From the NCBI GenBank assembly GCA_024279495.1, contig JAJRRL010000004.1, positions 3,432 through 67,431 on the forward strand: 64,000 nucleotides of DNA. The letters run 5' to 3'. The notes beneath the pieces are model-generated. The model searched no databases. It worked only from the letters and a program-made list of their open reading frames with translations, and was not told the origin of the DNA. This document shows positions 45,243-55,220 of this stretch, in pieces. Position 1 is the stretch's first letter. Each line of letters starts with the position of its first letter. The position numbers and the translations under genes are program-made. Origin of the DNA: Gammaproteobacteria bacterium (lineage in GTDB: Bacteria; Pseudomonadota; Gammaproteobacteria; JAJRRL01).

Positions 45243-47009
45243 CTATTGTATACAACTTTTCCCAATGGTTTGCAAGATATGTCTCAAATTCTCTTGCTCT
45301 TTCTCTGACAAGGTGCACTGTTTGGCCTTATCAATCACCGTCTGAGCAACGCCCTGCAGGATATTTTTCAGTATTCTGGCCATACTTTGAACAAACTCTT
45401 CTTCCAGGCTATCAGCAGGAAGTTCAACGACTTTTAGAGAGCATTCTGCTAACCACTCGCGAGTACCAGTGTGTTTAACGTCAGTGATAAGGCGGCTGAT
45501 GTTAGCATCTGGATTTTTTTGTAGGTGAGCGAGTAACTTCAGAAAAAGAGCTTGGCGCTTGCTGAGGTGCTGTTCGTATTCGCTTAGTGTTTTTTGGAGG
45601 TCTTTCACTTTGGATGGAGAGGCTAGGTGAGGATGCTGTAGTAATAGGGCAATGGTGTGATCCAGTCTTTGGCAGTGATTGTCAGTTGGTCTGTTGTTTT
45701 GGAGAGGGGGTGTGGCGTTCATAGGCGCGCTGATTTTTTTGGCTGTTAGTTCAGTGAGCGCTTCGGTAGATAAGGACAAACGATCAGCTAGAGCTTGCAT
45801 CATAAGCTGACTAAAGACGCCTGTAGGCATACGCTCGATTGATTCCATTGCTTTACTTGCAAACCTGGCTTTATCGTCGATTGTGTTTAGTGGCATGTCT
45901 TTTTCTAAATACACAAAGAAAAAATCACTGAACGATAAAGCGCTTTTGATGCGAGCAATGAATGTCTCTTTGCCATGTTTCATGACGAAAGAATCAGGGT
46001 CTTCACCGTTAGGCATGAGTAAAAAGCGTAAGGCGACTTGCTCGTTGACCATGGGTAGCGCTTCTTGAAAGGCATGCCAAGCAGCGTGAAGGCCAGCGGC
46101 ATCGCCATCAAAGCAAAAAACAATTTCTTTTGCGTATCGCTGCAGCGTTTTGAGATGCTGCTGGTTGTTGGCCGTTCCTAAGGTAGCAACGACAAAGGGA
46201 ATGCCTGCTTGATGTAAGGCAATCACATCCATGTAGCCTTCAACCATTAAAACGTAATCGGGTTGGCGGGATATTTGCAGTAATTCAAACAAACCATAAA
46301 GAACGTTTTTTTTGTTGAAAAGCGGTGTTTGAGGTGAGTTTAAATATTTGGCTTTGTCGTCGCCTAAGGTTCGGCCGCCAAACGCAATGGTTTTTCCGCG
46401 AGGGTTTCGGATGGGAAAGATTAGACGGTTTCGAAAGCGATCCCACGTGCGATCTGTTTTTTCAATAAGTAGGCCATGCTTGCTGAGCAGCTGCCTTTTT
46501 ACTGGATCTTTTCCCATGTTTTTTAGAAGAGCATCCCAACTATCGGGAGCGTAACCGAGTGCAAATTGAGATTGAATGTCGGGAAGTATATTGCGTTGCT
46601 TGATGTAATCTAAGGCTTTTGGGGATTGCATGAGCTCTTGTTGGAAATAATGTGTGACGGCAGCTAAGCATTCAGTATCTTCTTTTAAATCGGGTTGTTG
46701 CTGAGAGAGGTTAGGTAGGCTAATGCCTGCTTGTCGTGCGAGATAAGTGAGGGCTTCGATGAAGGTGAGCTTTTCGTATTCTCTTAAAAAGTGAATGGCG
46801 TTACCGTTGATCTTGCAGCCGAAGCAATAAAAGAATTGGTTTTGTGTGTTGATGTGAAAAGAAGGCGTTTTTTCTTGATGAAAGGGGCAGCAGGCAACGT
46901 AGCGATTGCCTCGTTTGGTCAAAGTGATTCGGCTCGCAATGACATCTTCAATGCGAGTATGCTCCAACACAACATTGGCAAGATCTGATAGAGCTGTCTT
47001 TCGGTCCAT
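45243..47009 (-). CDS. dnaG: DNA primase
   Basis: 588 aa. N-terminal zinc finger CPFHQEKTPSFHIN...FYCFGC and a TOPRIM domain (EGYMDVIAL, FDGDAAG). Upstream of rpoD. Confidence 0.95.
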   Translation of the reverse strand: MDRKTALSDLANVVLEHTRIEDVIASRITLTKRGNRYVACCPFHQEKTPSFHINTQNQFFYCFGCKINGNAIHFLREYEKLTFIEALTYLARQAGISLPNLSQQQPDLKEDTECLAAVTHYFQQELMQSPKALDYIKQRNILPDIQSQFALGYAPDSWDALLKNMGKDPVKRQLLSKHGLLIEKTDRTWDRFRNRLIFPIRNPRGKTIAFGGRTLGDDKAKYLNSPQTPLFNKKNVLYGLFELLQISRQPDYVLMVEGYMDVIALHQAGIPFVVATLGTANNQQHLKTLQRYAKEIVFCFDGDAAGLHAAWHAFQEALPMVNEQVALRFLLMPNGEDPDSFVMKHGKETFIARIKSALSFSDFFFVYLEKDMPLNTIDDKARFASKAMESIERMPTGVFSQLMMQALADRLSLSTEALTELTAKKISAPMNATPPLQNNRPTDNHCQRLDHTIALLLQHPHLASPSKVKDLQKTLSEYEQHLSKRQALFLKLLAHLQKNPDANISRLITDVKHTGTREWLAECSLKVVELPADSLEEEFVQSMARILKNILQGVAQTVIDKAKQCTLSEKEQENLRHILQTIGKSCIQ

Positions 47010-47124
47010 GGGTGGCTGTACTCGCTATTTGGTCTATTGCGGGGCGCAACTTATTCTATCGCATCTTTCCATAAAAGGCATGGCCTGAGGCGAAGTTGCT
47101 CAAATGGGGCTTGATGGATTGCTT

Positions 47125-47589
47125 TTAAGAAAGAGAGCTTAGGTGGGCTTTAATGCGCTTGCTGATCTGGCCCATATCGGCTCGACCTTTTACCTCAGGG
47201 GTGATTACACTCATGAGCTTGCCCATGTCTTTCATGCCAGAAGGCTGAACAGACTCGATGGCTTTGTCGAGAACTGCCTGAATGTCTTCATCGGAGAGGG
47301 GTTCAGGTAAATAGCGAGATAGAATGTCGATTTCTTTGAGCTCTTGCTCGGCAAGGTCTGGTCGACCGCCTTTCTTGAATTGGGTAATGGACTCACGACG
47401 TTGCTTGATCATTTTGATGCTTGTGTCGACAACCAAGTCGTTGGAGACGTCAGAAGCATCGCCATTGGGTTTTTTAGATTTCACTGCTAGAAGCAGATCA
47501 CTTTTAAGCATTCGAAGTGTCTGAAGAGTAAGCTTGCCATCTTGGCGTGCTAACATGGCTTGTTTGATGTCCGCTTGGACAGTGTCCAT
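47125..47589 (-). CDS. yqeY: GatB/YqeY domain-containing protein
   Basis: 154 aa from ATG 47589 (MDTVQADIKQAMLARQ...). The longer track ORF (to 47805) overlaps rpsU out of frame and is rejected. Confidence 0.8.
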   Translation of the reverse strand: MDTVQADIKQAMLARQDGKLTLQTLRMLKSDLLLAVKSKKPNGDASDVSNDLVVDTSIKMIKQRRESITQFKKGGRPDLAEQELKEIDILSRYLPEPLSDEDIQAVLDKAIESVQPSGMKDMGKLMSVITPEVKGRADMGQISKRIKAHLSSLS

Positions 47590-47617
47590 TAATGCCACAA
47601 GATCACTCCTACTTGGC

Positions 47618-47839
47618 TTATCGGCGACGTTCTTTATCTTGAATTTCGCGTTCTTTTGCCTGTCTTTTAGCTTGCCGTTTGATGGCTGCAGCTTTTTCGC
47701 GTTTTCTTTTGGCTGTGGGTTTCTCGTAAGCTTCGATTTGGCGTAGCTTGGAAACAATACCAGCTTTCTCACAAGCTCGCTTAAAGCGGCGGAGAGCTGA
47801 TTCAAAACCGTGACTGTTAGGGATGGATACCTTAAGCAT
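47618..47839 (-). CDS. rpsU: 30S ribosomal protein S21
   Basis: 73 aa. [14 protein letters not shown]...[15 protein letters not shown] matches the S21 pattern. First gene of the rpsU-dnaG-rpoD operon. Confidence 0.93.
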   Translation of the reverse strand: MLKVSIPNSHGFESALRRFKRACEKAGIVSKLRQIEAYEKPTAKRKREKAAAIKRQAKRQAKEREIQDKERRR

Positions 47840-47963
47840 GGTGCGTCGTTACCTTTGGTTTGATGTTACTAAACTATTGGCTCGATTAATGCGATTTAGT
47901 GCACTATCTGCCAGGTGGAGGATCATAAGAGTTTTTCCTTTAAAATGCAAAGGGTTCTTATGT

Positions 47964-49235
47964 CTAGTTGGCATTTGCGTTCTCAAGATCACGCTTGGCG
48001 TGCGCTTTTGAAGCAAGTCTGGCTAGCGGAGCTATGCTAAGCCCTTGAATAACAACGGAAAAAACAACAACCCCATAGGTCATACTCAAGATTATTTGAC
48101 GATACACTGAATCAGGCAAAGAGAGAGCTAAAGCGACAGCAAGGCTTCCTCTTAAGCCTCCCCAAGTGAGGATGGTGATCATCCAAGGTTGCTCTTGGCG
48201 TTTTTTTCTTGATTGTAGCAAGGTAAGGGGGGTTGCAACCGTAATGAGGCGAATGATTAAGGTCATTGCGATCACGCAGATATTGATTAGTAGTTGGTTG
48301 CCGTGAAAGTTGACAGCTAGCAGCTCAAAGCCAAGCAGTACAAACAGGATGATGTTCAGTAATTCATCAACCACCAGCCAAAAAGAGGCAACGAAAGAGT
48401 AGACAGCTTTCTTTTGGCGCAGCTGAGAGCCAACTAAAATACTGGCAACCACCATGGCTAGCGGACCTGAAATGCCTAAGGTATCAGCGAGAGTGTAAGC
48501 TCCAGTTGTAATTGCCAGTGTGATGAGAATAATCATGCTGACGTCTTTAAGGGGGCGAATCAGCCAGCAGCTGAGTTTGCCGATGATGTAACCATAGGCA
48601 AGTCCGCCTAAAGCTTGTCTGATAAATAATATGAGCACGTGTTGAGTAGAAAGGGTGCCTTGATGGTTGAGAAGCTCGTAGAGTGTTAAAAAGATAACGA
48701 TACCCACACCATCATTAAAAAGGGATTCTCCAGCCACACAGGCGGTGAGTGACTTGGGTGCCTTGATGCGTCTGAAGGTGCTTAGCACGGCGATAGGGTC
48801 GGTTGGTGAGATCAAAGCGCCAAAGAGGCAGGCATAAAGCCACGGGAAGGGAATATGAAAAGCTTTCATCATCCACCACGAGCCAATTGAGACTAAGGCT
48901 GTTGAGACAATGGTACTGAGTGAGGCAAGCACAGCGATGGTGGTTCGTTGGCGTTTGAGTTGTTCTATATCGATGGCAAAGGCGCCAGCAAAAAGAAGCA
49001 AGCCAAGCATGCCGTTGAGCAGGAGCTTTCCAAAATCGAGGTGGTTAATTAAGTGAGTAACACTGCTGTGCCAATGGTTCCAGTGATAGTGGTTGCTAAT
49101 GATCAATGCGCATGCAATTAGCAATGATGAGATCATCATGGCAATGGTTGTTTGCATGTGAATAAAACGGTGATTCAGATAACCCAAAATAAGAGATAGG
49201 GTAACAATGCCAGCAATAAGGTGGTATGCGTTCAC
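47964..49235 (-). CDS. monovalent cation:proton antiporter (CPA1, NhaP-type Na+/H+ exchanger)
   Basis: 423 aa polytopic membrane protein. Motifs ISPTDPIAV and GESLFNDG are typical of the Na+/H+ exchanger family. Confidence 0.85.
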   Translation of the reverse strand: MNAYHLIAGIVTLSLILGYLNHRFIHMQTTIAMMISSLLIACALIISNHYHWNHWHSSVTHLINHLDFGKLLLNGMLGLLLFAGAFAIDIEQLKRQRTTIAVLASLSTIVSTALVSIGSWWMMKAFHIPFPWLYACLFGALISPTDPIAVLSTFRRIKAPKSLTACVAGESLFNDGVGIVIFLTLYELLNHQGTLSTQHVLILFIRQALGGLAYGYIIGKLSCWLIRPLKDVSMIILITLAITTGAYTLADTLGISGPLAMVVASILVGSQLRQKKAVYSFVASFWLVVDELLNIILFVLLGFELLAVNFHGNQLLINICVIAMTLIIRLITVATPLTLLQSRKKRQEQPWMITILTWGGLRGSLAVALALSLPDSVYRQIILSMTYGVVVFSVVIQGLSIAPLARLASKAHAKRDLENANAN

Positions 49236-49336
49236 AGCAGCCTCACGGAAGTGTACGAAGCATTAATCATAATGCCATTCCTTGCCAAATACTACCGGCA
49301 TTGACTAAGCTTGGTAGGAAGTTTGGAGGTTTAGTC

Positions 49337-50539
49337 ATGGCTTGGAAAGCGCTAAGACAATTTATTCGTTACGAGTCCAGTGCAGGTATGCTGCTTTTTT
49401 TTGAAGCAGTGTTGGCGTTAGTCTTAAGTAATTCGTCACATATTGCACATTATCGGTACCTTGTTGAGTTACCCATTTCGATTCGAGTTGATATGTTTCA
49501 CTTATCGAAGCCTCTGCTCTTGTGGGTAAATGATGGCCTGATGGCTGTTTTTTTTCTGTTGGTTGGCTTAGAAGTTAAGCGAGAGATGCTTCGAGGCGAA
49601 TTAAATAGTGTCAGAAAGGCGCTATTACCTGGTATTGCCGCTTTTGGTGGTATGTTGGTTCCAGCGTTGATTTTTTTACTTTTGACGCATCACCACCCGG
49701 GCTATCGTGCCGGTTGGGCAATACCAACAGCAACCGATATCGCTTTTTCCTTGAGTGTGCTTGTACTGTTAGGGAAGCGCCTGCCACCGGGCATCAAAAT
49801 TTTCCTCACAGCTTTGGCTATTTTTGATGACATTGGTGCGATACTCATTATTGCCTTGTTTTACACGTCTCAAATTACATTGCTTATGTTGCTTATTGCC
49901 TTTGCTTGCATAGTGGTTTTATTTGCCTTGAATCGATTGCGAGTTATGGCGGTATTCCCTTATCTTTTGGTTGGTGTGATCTTGTGGGTATGTGTATTGA
50001 AATCCGGCGTGCATGCCACGCTTGCGGGAATAGTGTTAGCCTGGGCAATTCCCATTGACGGTAAAACGAAAGAGGAGCCAGGCCCTCTTGAGCGCTGGGA
50101 AAAAAAGCTTCATCCATGGGTCGCTTATTTTATATTGCCCTTATTTGCTTTTGTTAATGCAGGTTTATACCTTGGTAATTTGAGTGTGCATGATCTCTTT
50201 AGTCCGCTTGTTTTGGGTTGCGTTTTGGGGTTGTTCGTTGGAAAGCCTTTGGGTATTTGGGGTTTGAGTATGTTGGCTGTTAAGTCAGGCATAGCAAAAT
50301 TACCCCATGGCTTGAGTGGGCATAGTATTTTTGGCTTGAGTTTAATCGCTGGAATAGGTTTTACGATGAGCCTGTTTATAGGGTCCTTGGCTTTCTTTAA
50401 TGCCCATTCTGGGCTCTACACAGATGTGCAGTTGGGTGTGTTTGTTGGTTCCTTAATATCGGGTGTTGCTGGGTATCTGTGGTTGAAGTGGGTTTCTCTT
50501 CCACGTCGTAAGCTCGCTTTGGGCAATAAAGAAGCATAA
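49337..50539 (+). CDS. nhaA: Na+/H+ antiporter NhaA
   Basis: ~400 aa from ATG 49337 (GGAGG RBS). NhaA patterns WVNDGLMAVFFLLVGLEVKRE and ATDIAF...AIFDDIGAI. Confidence 0.9.
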   Translation: MAWKALRQFIRYESSAGMLLFFEAVLALVLSNSSHIAHYRYLVELPISIRVDMFHLSKPLLLWVNDGLMAVFFLLVGLEVKREMLRGELNSVRKALLPGIAAFGGMLVPALIFLLLTHHHPGYRAGWAIPTATDIAFSLSVLVLLGKRLPPGIKIFLTALAIFDDIGAILIIALFYTSQITLLMLLIAFACIVVLFALNRLRVMAVFPYLLVGVILWVCVLKSGVHATLAGIVLAWAIPIDGKTKEEPGPLERWEKKLHPWVAYFILPLFAFVNAGLYLGNLSVHDLFSPLVLGCVLGLFVGKPLGIWGLSMLAVKSGIAKLPHGLSGHSIFGLSLIAGIGFTMSLFIGSLAFFNAHSGLYTDVQLGVFVGSLISGVAGYLWLKWVSLPRRKLALGNKEA

Positions 50540-50679
50540 AAAACACGTTAAATTGAGGTGGTGAGCGCAGTTTAAAAGGTGAGGTAGGTAGGTATAAGCG
50601 CCAACCTGATTGATTTTTGAACATATTTAAGGTAAAATTAGGGCTAGTTATGGAAAAAAGTGTTTGATTTTAGAGGTTT

Positions 50680-51009
50680 ATGATGCGGACGACAGGTATT
50701 AATGACGCGATGAATAGGCGTGCTACAGCTATTTGGGGTGTTTCTGCTGCGGGGTCTAGTGCCCTTATTGGAGTTGATGTAGGCATTATCTATGCCATGT
50801 ATCACGGGTTTATTAATAGCGGTATGTTACAAGCCGATGCGGCCACCTTTACTGTTTTGTTTGGTTTATGTCTTTCTGCATTCTTTGCTATTCCAGTGGT
50901 CTCACTTTTTAAGGCGGCACATAAAAAAGCACCGCGCTTTTTAGCAAACGCTGCAGGAAATAAACCAGAGACAGTTAAAGGTGTAGGGCTTAAGTTGAAA
51001 GCAACTTAA
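50680..51009 (+). CDS. hypothetical small membrane protein (2 predicted TM helices)
   Basis: 109-aa ORF with two hydrophobic segments. Its stop overlaps the convergent 758-aa gene stop (TTAA). Confidence 0.45.
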   Translation: MMRTTGINDAMNRRATAIWGVSAAGSSALIGVDVGIIYAMYHGFINSGMLQADAATFTVLFGLCLSAFFAIPVVSLFKAAHKKAPRFLANAAGNKPETVKGVGLKLKAT

Positions 51010-53282
51010 CAAGGCGGCACAACTGTTTGCCTTATCTGCATTGTTTTCTCATGAAGAATCGCTGTTTGTTTTGGATTAAGTTTTGCTACTTTTGATCCAC
51101 TCATACAAAACACTCCCTTATAGGGCGCTTGCGACTTGGAGCCTTTGTGTAGTTCGCTTCCTTCTGCAAATTCAAAAAGGCCTCTGCGATTAGCTGGATT
51201 TTCTAGGTTAATACCTGGTTCGGGATTCCCAGTAGAGTGTCTGCAGGTCGTTCTAAATTCAATTTTTTCAGCCAATACTTTTCCATGAAAATCCTGTGCA
51301 AATATACTGTGTGATGCAGCAACAACTGTTAGAGCAAAGGCATTCGGATCTTGCTTGCCTTTGTTGTAGTCATTTGTTTTGAGAATGATAGGGGATTGAT
51401 GTTCATGTGTGTTGAGAGCATCAGCCAAGTGTTTTAAGAACCCACCGTCATGAGTGTTTTGTAGAGAGATTAAACTTAAAGCGCAAGGATCACACACTGA
51501 ATTACGGTAAGAGTGAACAAGCAAAGCGGTGCTAAGTATAGCAAATAAGCCGCCTTTGCTGTGCTTTTTCGCTAAGGCAGCTCGAATGAGGTGTGTGATA
51601 ACGACAGCATTTTTAGGGTTGTTGAGGGCTCCTATTAGCACACGCTCACTGTGACGATGCTTTGTCTCCTTCATGTTTTTGGATGACATGTGATATTGCA
51701 GTGCTTCTGGGTCGGCAATGTCGGCAGAGGCAATGGCCTTCAGGAGCTCTGCTTTATTAGGAAGATCAAGTGTGGCAACCATGCGAGCTATTTGTTCTGT
51801 TGCGAGGCTTGCTTTTTCTTCTACAAGAGGGTTTGGGCGCTTGGTGATTTTAGTACCTAAAGACAAGCTTGCTGCAATGCATGCCTCTTCTTGAGCTTTG
51901 TTAGCAAAGACCTCATCGATGGATAAAACAGGTACGTCATACTCGGAAAGTGTAAGATCGACTTCTAAAAACTCTACGTCGCGTTTCATTTTTTTTGGTG
52001 CTCCACCTTCGGCGTGCTCTTTTACAAAAGCAAACACTAACGTAGCAGCAATCACGTTGGTAGATTCGAGGGCACTTTTTGTGTGACATAAAGCCTTGTG
52101 AAAGTGAGCATTTGCGAAAGCCAAGCGTTGAAAGCTAGGGCTTAACGGGAAGTTTGCGTCACGGTAACATAATTGCCTGACCTGATCATTTGGAAATACC
52201 TTGATAAGCGTGGGCAGGCGTTTTTTCCAGCTGTCTTTTTTGCGTAGTGCAGAGAGTCTGTGCTCGACCCTTTTAGGCAGAGTTTCGAGTTTTTTAATAC
52301 TACCTATGGCTATGTAAGCTAGTTCAGCAAAAAAAGGCCACCATTGTTGCTTGCCGAGAGAGTCATTCTTTGCAGCGGCTGATTCGTAAGCATCTAATAA
52401 GGGTTTATTGTCTTGCTGAGATGCTAAGGCAGTAATGAGTTTTTTTGCTAAATATTTGGCATTTATCTTTTTGTGCTTTTTGCCAAAGTATAAGTCGACG
52501 TTATTTTTGAGGGTGGCTGTGAGAAAGTAGTCTTTTTGTAGCAATTGAAAGTTAAATTGCGTATCTAGGGAATGCAAAAAATGGTTTATTCGGGGTGAGT
52601 TTATGCCAAGGGTATTGATGGCTTCTGTTATATCAGCGATGCAGTCATCGCTGAAAAACTCTTGGTAAAAGTATTCAGCGATATCACCTGCCGGCACGAG
52701 CTCACACATATCTTCCTCGGTCATGCCTTTTAGAGCTTCTTCTCTTTCTTCTTCGGAGGCGTCTCGGTCAAATTCATCAGAGCTGGGTGGTTCGGGGTAT
52801 ATTCGGCCACCGTCACCCCACTCTAGGCTGTCTAGATTGTTTTCTGCGTATTGTTGATCTTGGTTGTATGATTCCCATTTTTGTCCGTCAGAAGCGTTGT
52901 GCATTTCTTCTTGTACAGTAACCCATTCATCAATCGTATCCAGTTCAAATTGCCTCAGCTTGTCTACGAGAGTGTGTTCAATTTTACCGGCAACAGTTAG
53001 TGGAAAAAGTTCACGGTAAGCTTCGCCTTCACAATCAGCGATGTCGATAAAGGGTGATTCATTCTTTTTTGGTATTTCAAAGCCATGTTTTTCTAATAAC
53101 GCTTTTTCGTCAGCAGCTAAAGTGCCATTTCCAATAAAAATAAGAGTATCTAAGGTATCAATAGTATCTTTAAGTTTTTTTTTCTCGGCTGCTATTTCTT
53201 GTTTGGCAGGGGATGTAAATGTATTGAAGCGATTCATGTGTTCATGAAGATCTCGATATGTGTGGGGGTAGCGTTTACTCAT
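51006..53282 (-). CDS. large hypothetical protein with an acidic central region and a C-terminal H-x-E ... C-x-x-C signature; candidate effector
   Basis: 758-aa uninterrupted ORF. AAGGAAGG RBS. Starts 9 nt after the wrbA stop. No family recognised by eye. Confidence 0.7.
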   Translation of the reverse strand: MSKRYPHTYRDLHEHMNRFNTFTSPAKQEIAAEKKKLKDTIDTLDTLIFIGNGTLAADEKALLEKHGFEIPKKNESPFIDIADCEGEAYRELFPLTVAGKIEHTLVDKLRQFELDTIDEWVTVQEEMHNASDGQKWESYNQDQQYAENNLDSLEWGDGGRIYPEPPSSDEFDRDASEEEREEALKGMTEEDMCELVPAGDIAEYFYQEFFSDDCIADITEAINTLGINSPRINHFLHSLDTQFNFQLLQKDYFLTATLKNNVDLYFGKKHKKINAKYLAKKLITALASQQDNKPLLDAYESAAAKNDSLGKQQWWPFFAELAYIAIGSIKKLETLPKRVEHRLSALRKKDSWKKRLPTLIKVFPNDQVRQLCYRDANFPLSPSFQRLAFANAHFHKALCHTKSALESTNVIAATLVFAFVKEHAEGGAPKKMKRDVEFLEVDLTLSEYDVPVLSIDEVFANKAQEEACIAASLSLGTKITKRPNPLVEEKASLATEQIARMVATLDLPNKAELLKAIASADIADPEALQYHMSSKNMKETKHRHSERVLIGALNNPKNAVVITHLIRAALAKKHSKGGLFAILSTALLVHSYRNSVCDPCALSLISLQNTHDGGFLKHLADALNTHEHQSPIILKTNDYNKGKQDPNAFALTVVAASHSIFAQDFHGKVLAEKIEFRTTCRHSTGNPEPGINLENPANRRGLFEFAEGSELHKGSKSQAPYKGVFCMSGSKVAKLNPKQTAILHEKTMQIRQTVVPPC

Positions 53283-53291
53283 TTTCCTTCC

Positions 53292-53903
53292 TTAAGTGAT
53301 GGCATTGTTTTTCATAATATGAGCAATGCTTGCAATGCGTTTACCAAAAGCAATGCAGAGTGTTTTTTCATCGGCGGAGAGTTCTTTTTCGCCTTTGGCG
53401 CCGGCCCAATGGCTGGGTCCGTAAGGCGTGCCGCCTGAGGTGGTATTCATGAGGGTAGAGTCACTGTAAGGAGAGCCGACCATGATCATGCCTTGATGAA
53501 TAAGCGGTAGCATCATGGAAAGTAGGGTGGTTTCTTGTCCACCATGGAGAGAGCCTGTTGAGGTAAAGCAGCCAGCGGGTTTGTTGATGAGTGCGCCTTC
53601 CATCCAAATGCCCCCGGTGGTATCGAGGAAATGTTTTAAAGCGCCTGCCATGTTACCAAAGCGAGTGGCACTACCTAAAATAAGGCCGTCACATTGCGAT
53701 AAATCGCTTAGTGAGACGTGAGGAGGCCCTTGCTCAGGGATAGGTGCTTCCGTTGCCTCGTGATTGGGAGATACATTAGGAACGGTTCGGATAATAGCGT
53801 TTACATTCGCTGTTTGTTCGACCCCAATGGCAATTTGCTCGGCCATGTGGGCTGTGTGGCCTGTTCGGCTGAAATAAAGAATAAGTACGTTGGCGGTTGT
53901 CAT
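53292..53903 (-). CDS. wrbA: NAD(P)H:quinone oxidoreductase, WrbA type (flavodoxin-like)
   Basis: 203 aa. N-terminal ILYFSRTGHT flavodoxin signature and the WrbA-type insertion. The length matches. Confidence 0.88.
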   Translation of the reverse strand: MTTANVLILYFSRTGHTAHMAEQIAIGVEQTANVNAIIRTVPNVSPNHEATEAPIPEQGPPHVSLSDLSQCDGLILGSATRFGNMAGALKHFLDTTGGIWMEGALINKPAGCFTSTGSLHGGQETTLLSMMLPLIHQGMIMVGSPYSDSTLMNTTSGGTPYGPSHWAGAKGEKELSADEKTLCIAFGKRIASIAHIMKNNAIT

Positions 53904-53968
53904 GACATGTTTCCCACAAAAAGTATGTTGGTTTATTGTGGGCTAGGGCAGGGAAATGTCAATACGGG

Positions 53969-54322
53969 TTATTCGCTCAAGATATCGAGAAGCAATTTTG
54001 CAGGTCGTGCGATCACCGCTTTGTTTTGGCAAACAACGATGGGTCTTTGCAGTAAAATAGGGTATTCCATCACGACAGCAAGAATATCGTCATCGGAAGG
54101 GTCGTTTAGCTTTTCTATGTGAGAAAAGGCTTCTTCGGCTCCTCTAAGCATTTCCATGGCAGTTAGTCCAAGTAAGGCCTGTAGTTTTTGCAGGGAATAC
54201 AGGCTTGGAGGTTTTTGTAAGTAATTGATAATAATAGGATTTAATTCTCTCTCTTGAAGCAGGCTCAAAGCCTCTCTAGACTTGCTGCAGCGAGGGTTAT
54301 GATAAATTTTGACAGTTGTCAT
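53969..54322 (-). CDS. arsC: ArsC/Spx-family reductase (glutaredoxin-type arsenate reductase-like)
   Basis: 117 aa. IYHNPRCSKSR motif with the catalytic Cys. Length typical of the ArsC/YffB family. Confidence 0.8.
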   Translation of the reverse strand: MTTVKIYHNPRCSKSREALSLLQERELNPIIINYLQKPPSLYSLQKLQALLGLTAMEMLRGAEEAFSHIEKLNDPSDDDILAVVMEYPILLQRPIVVCQNKAVIARPAKLLLDILSE

Positions 54323-54398
54323 CGCTATTCTCCTAAGCTATGGTGAGGTTGGGTGGGTTCACCAAACTACTTATAGGAAGTCTAAGGCAGGTTTGTCA

Positions 54399-55196
54399 AT
54401 GAGAGTATTCGGTACTTGGTTGTGGCTTATAATTAAGCGCTATGTGCGCAATGGTTGCCCTTTTCAGGCAGCTTACTTGGCGTATTTAACTTTGATTACG
54501 CTGGTTCCGCTGTTAGCCTTGAGTTTGATTGTGCTAACCCATATAAGTGTTTTCACGCCCATGATTGATCAACTGCAAAAGTGGTTGCTCACAGCTTTAC
54601 TCGTGAATGTGGCTGATCACGTCATACAAACGATTCATCATTGGGTTGAGCAGGCGGCTGCTTTGTCGTGGAAGCACACGATTTTCTTTGTGGGAATGGC
54701 CGTGCTCATCATGTTTAATCTAAATCGTATTTTTCGAGATGTATGGCATACCGAAAAGCGTTTGTCTTGGTCTATTCACCTTGCTGTTTATTCCTTTATT
54801 TTGCTGTGCTCTCCTTTATTGCTTGGGCTTTTGTTTATTATTTCCGGTGTTTTGTTTCAATCAGAGAGCATCAGTTATTGGTTGATGATTCATCATTTAC
54901 ATCAACCTTTGGTCATACTGATCCCGGATTTGGTTTTATTTGTGTGGTTAACCTTAATGAACTGGGCTTTGCCTTTGTGCCGTGTGCCTTTCAGGGCGGC
55001 TGTGTTGTCTGGAGCAGTGACAACCATTTTGCTCATTATCACAAAGAAACTATACGCCTTAATCGTGATAAATTCGTCGTTTGAAATGCTATACGGGACC
55101 TTGTCAGTCATACCGTTATTTTTGGCTTGGTTGTATGTGGCGTGGTGTATTATTATATTCGGCGCAATGATCGGCCACGAGTATGCCACCCGTTAA
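54399..55196 (+). CDS. yihY: YihY/BrkB-family inner-membrane protein
   Basis: ~265 aa from ATG 54399. AAYLAYLTLITLVPLL signature and multiple TM helices. The track start 54309 would overlap arsC. Confidence 0.8.
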   Translation: MRVFGTWLWLIIKRYVRNGCPFQAAYLAYLTLITLVPLLALSLIVLTHISVFTPMIDQLQKWLLTALLVNVADHVIQTIHHWVEQAAALSWKHTIFFVGMAVLIMFNLNRIFRDVWHTEKRLSWSIHLAVYSFILLCSPLLLGLLFIISGVLFQSESISYWLMIHHLHQPLVILIPDLVLFVWLTLMNWALPLCRVPFRAAVLSGAVTTILLIITKKLYALIVINSSFEMLYGTLSVIPLFLAWLYVAWCIIIFGAMIGHEYATR

Positions 55197-55220
55197 AAAA
55201 CCACTTTTGCTTTAAGAAGG

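Noticed and set aside
47590-47805. N-terminal 72 codons of the 226-aa yqeY ORF in the track
   Set aside because: It overlaps rpsU out of frame. The S21 assignment is unambiguous, and YqeY-family proteins are ~150 aa, so the start was moved to ATG 47589.
51006-51020. C-terminal ...VVPPC as a possible host prenylation (CaaX/Rab-type) signal on the 758-aa protein
   Set aside because: A single terminal Cys does not fit the CaaX, CC or CxC consensus. There is no support beyond the presence of one cysteine.
54309-54398. Upstream 30 codons of the yihY track ORF
   Set aside because: This would overlap the divergent arsC start region. ATG 54399 begins the conserved YihY N-terminus.
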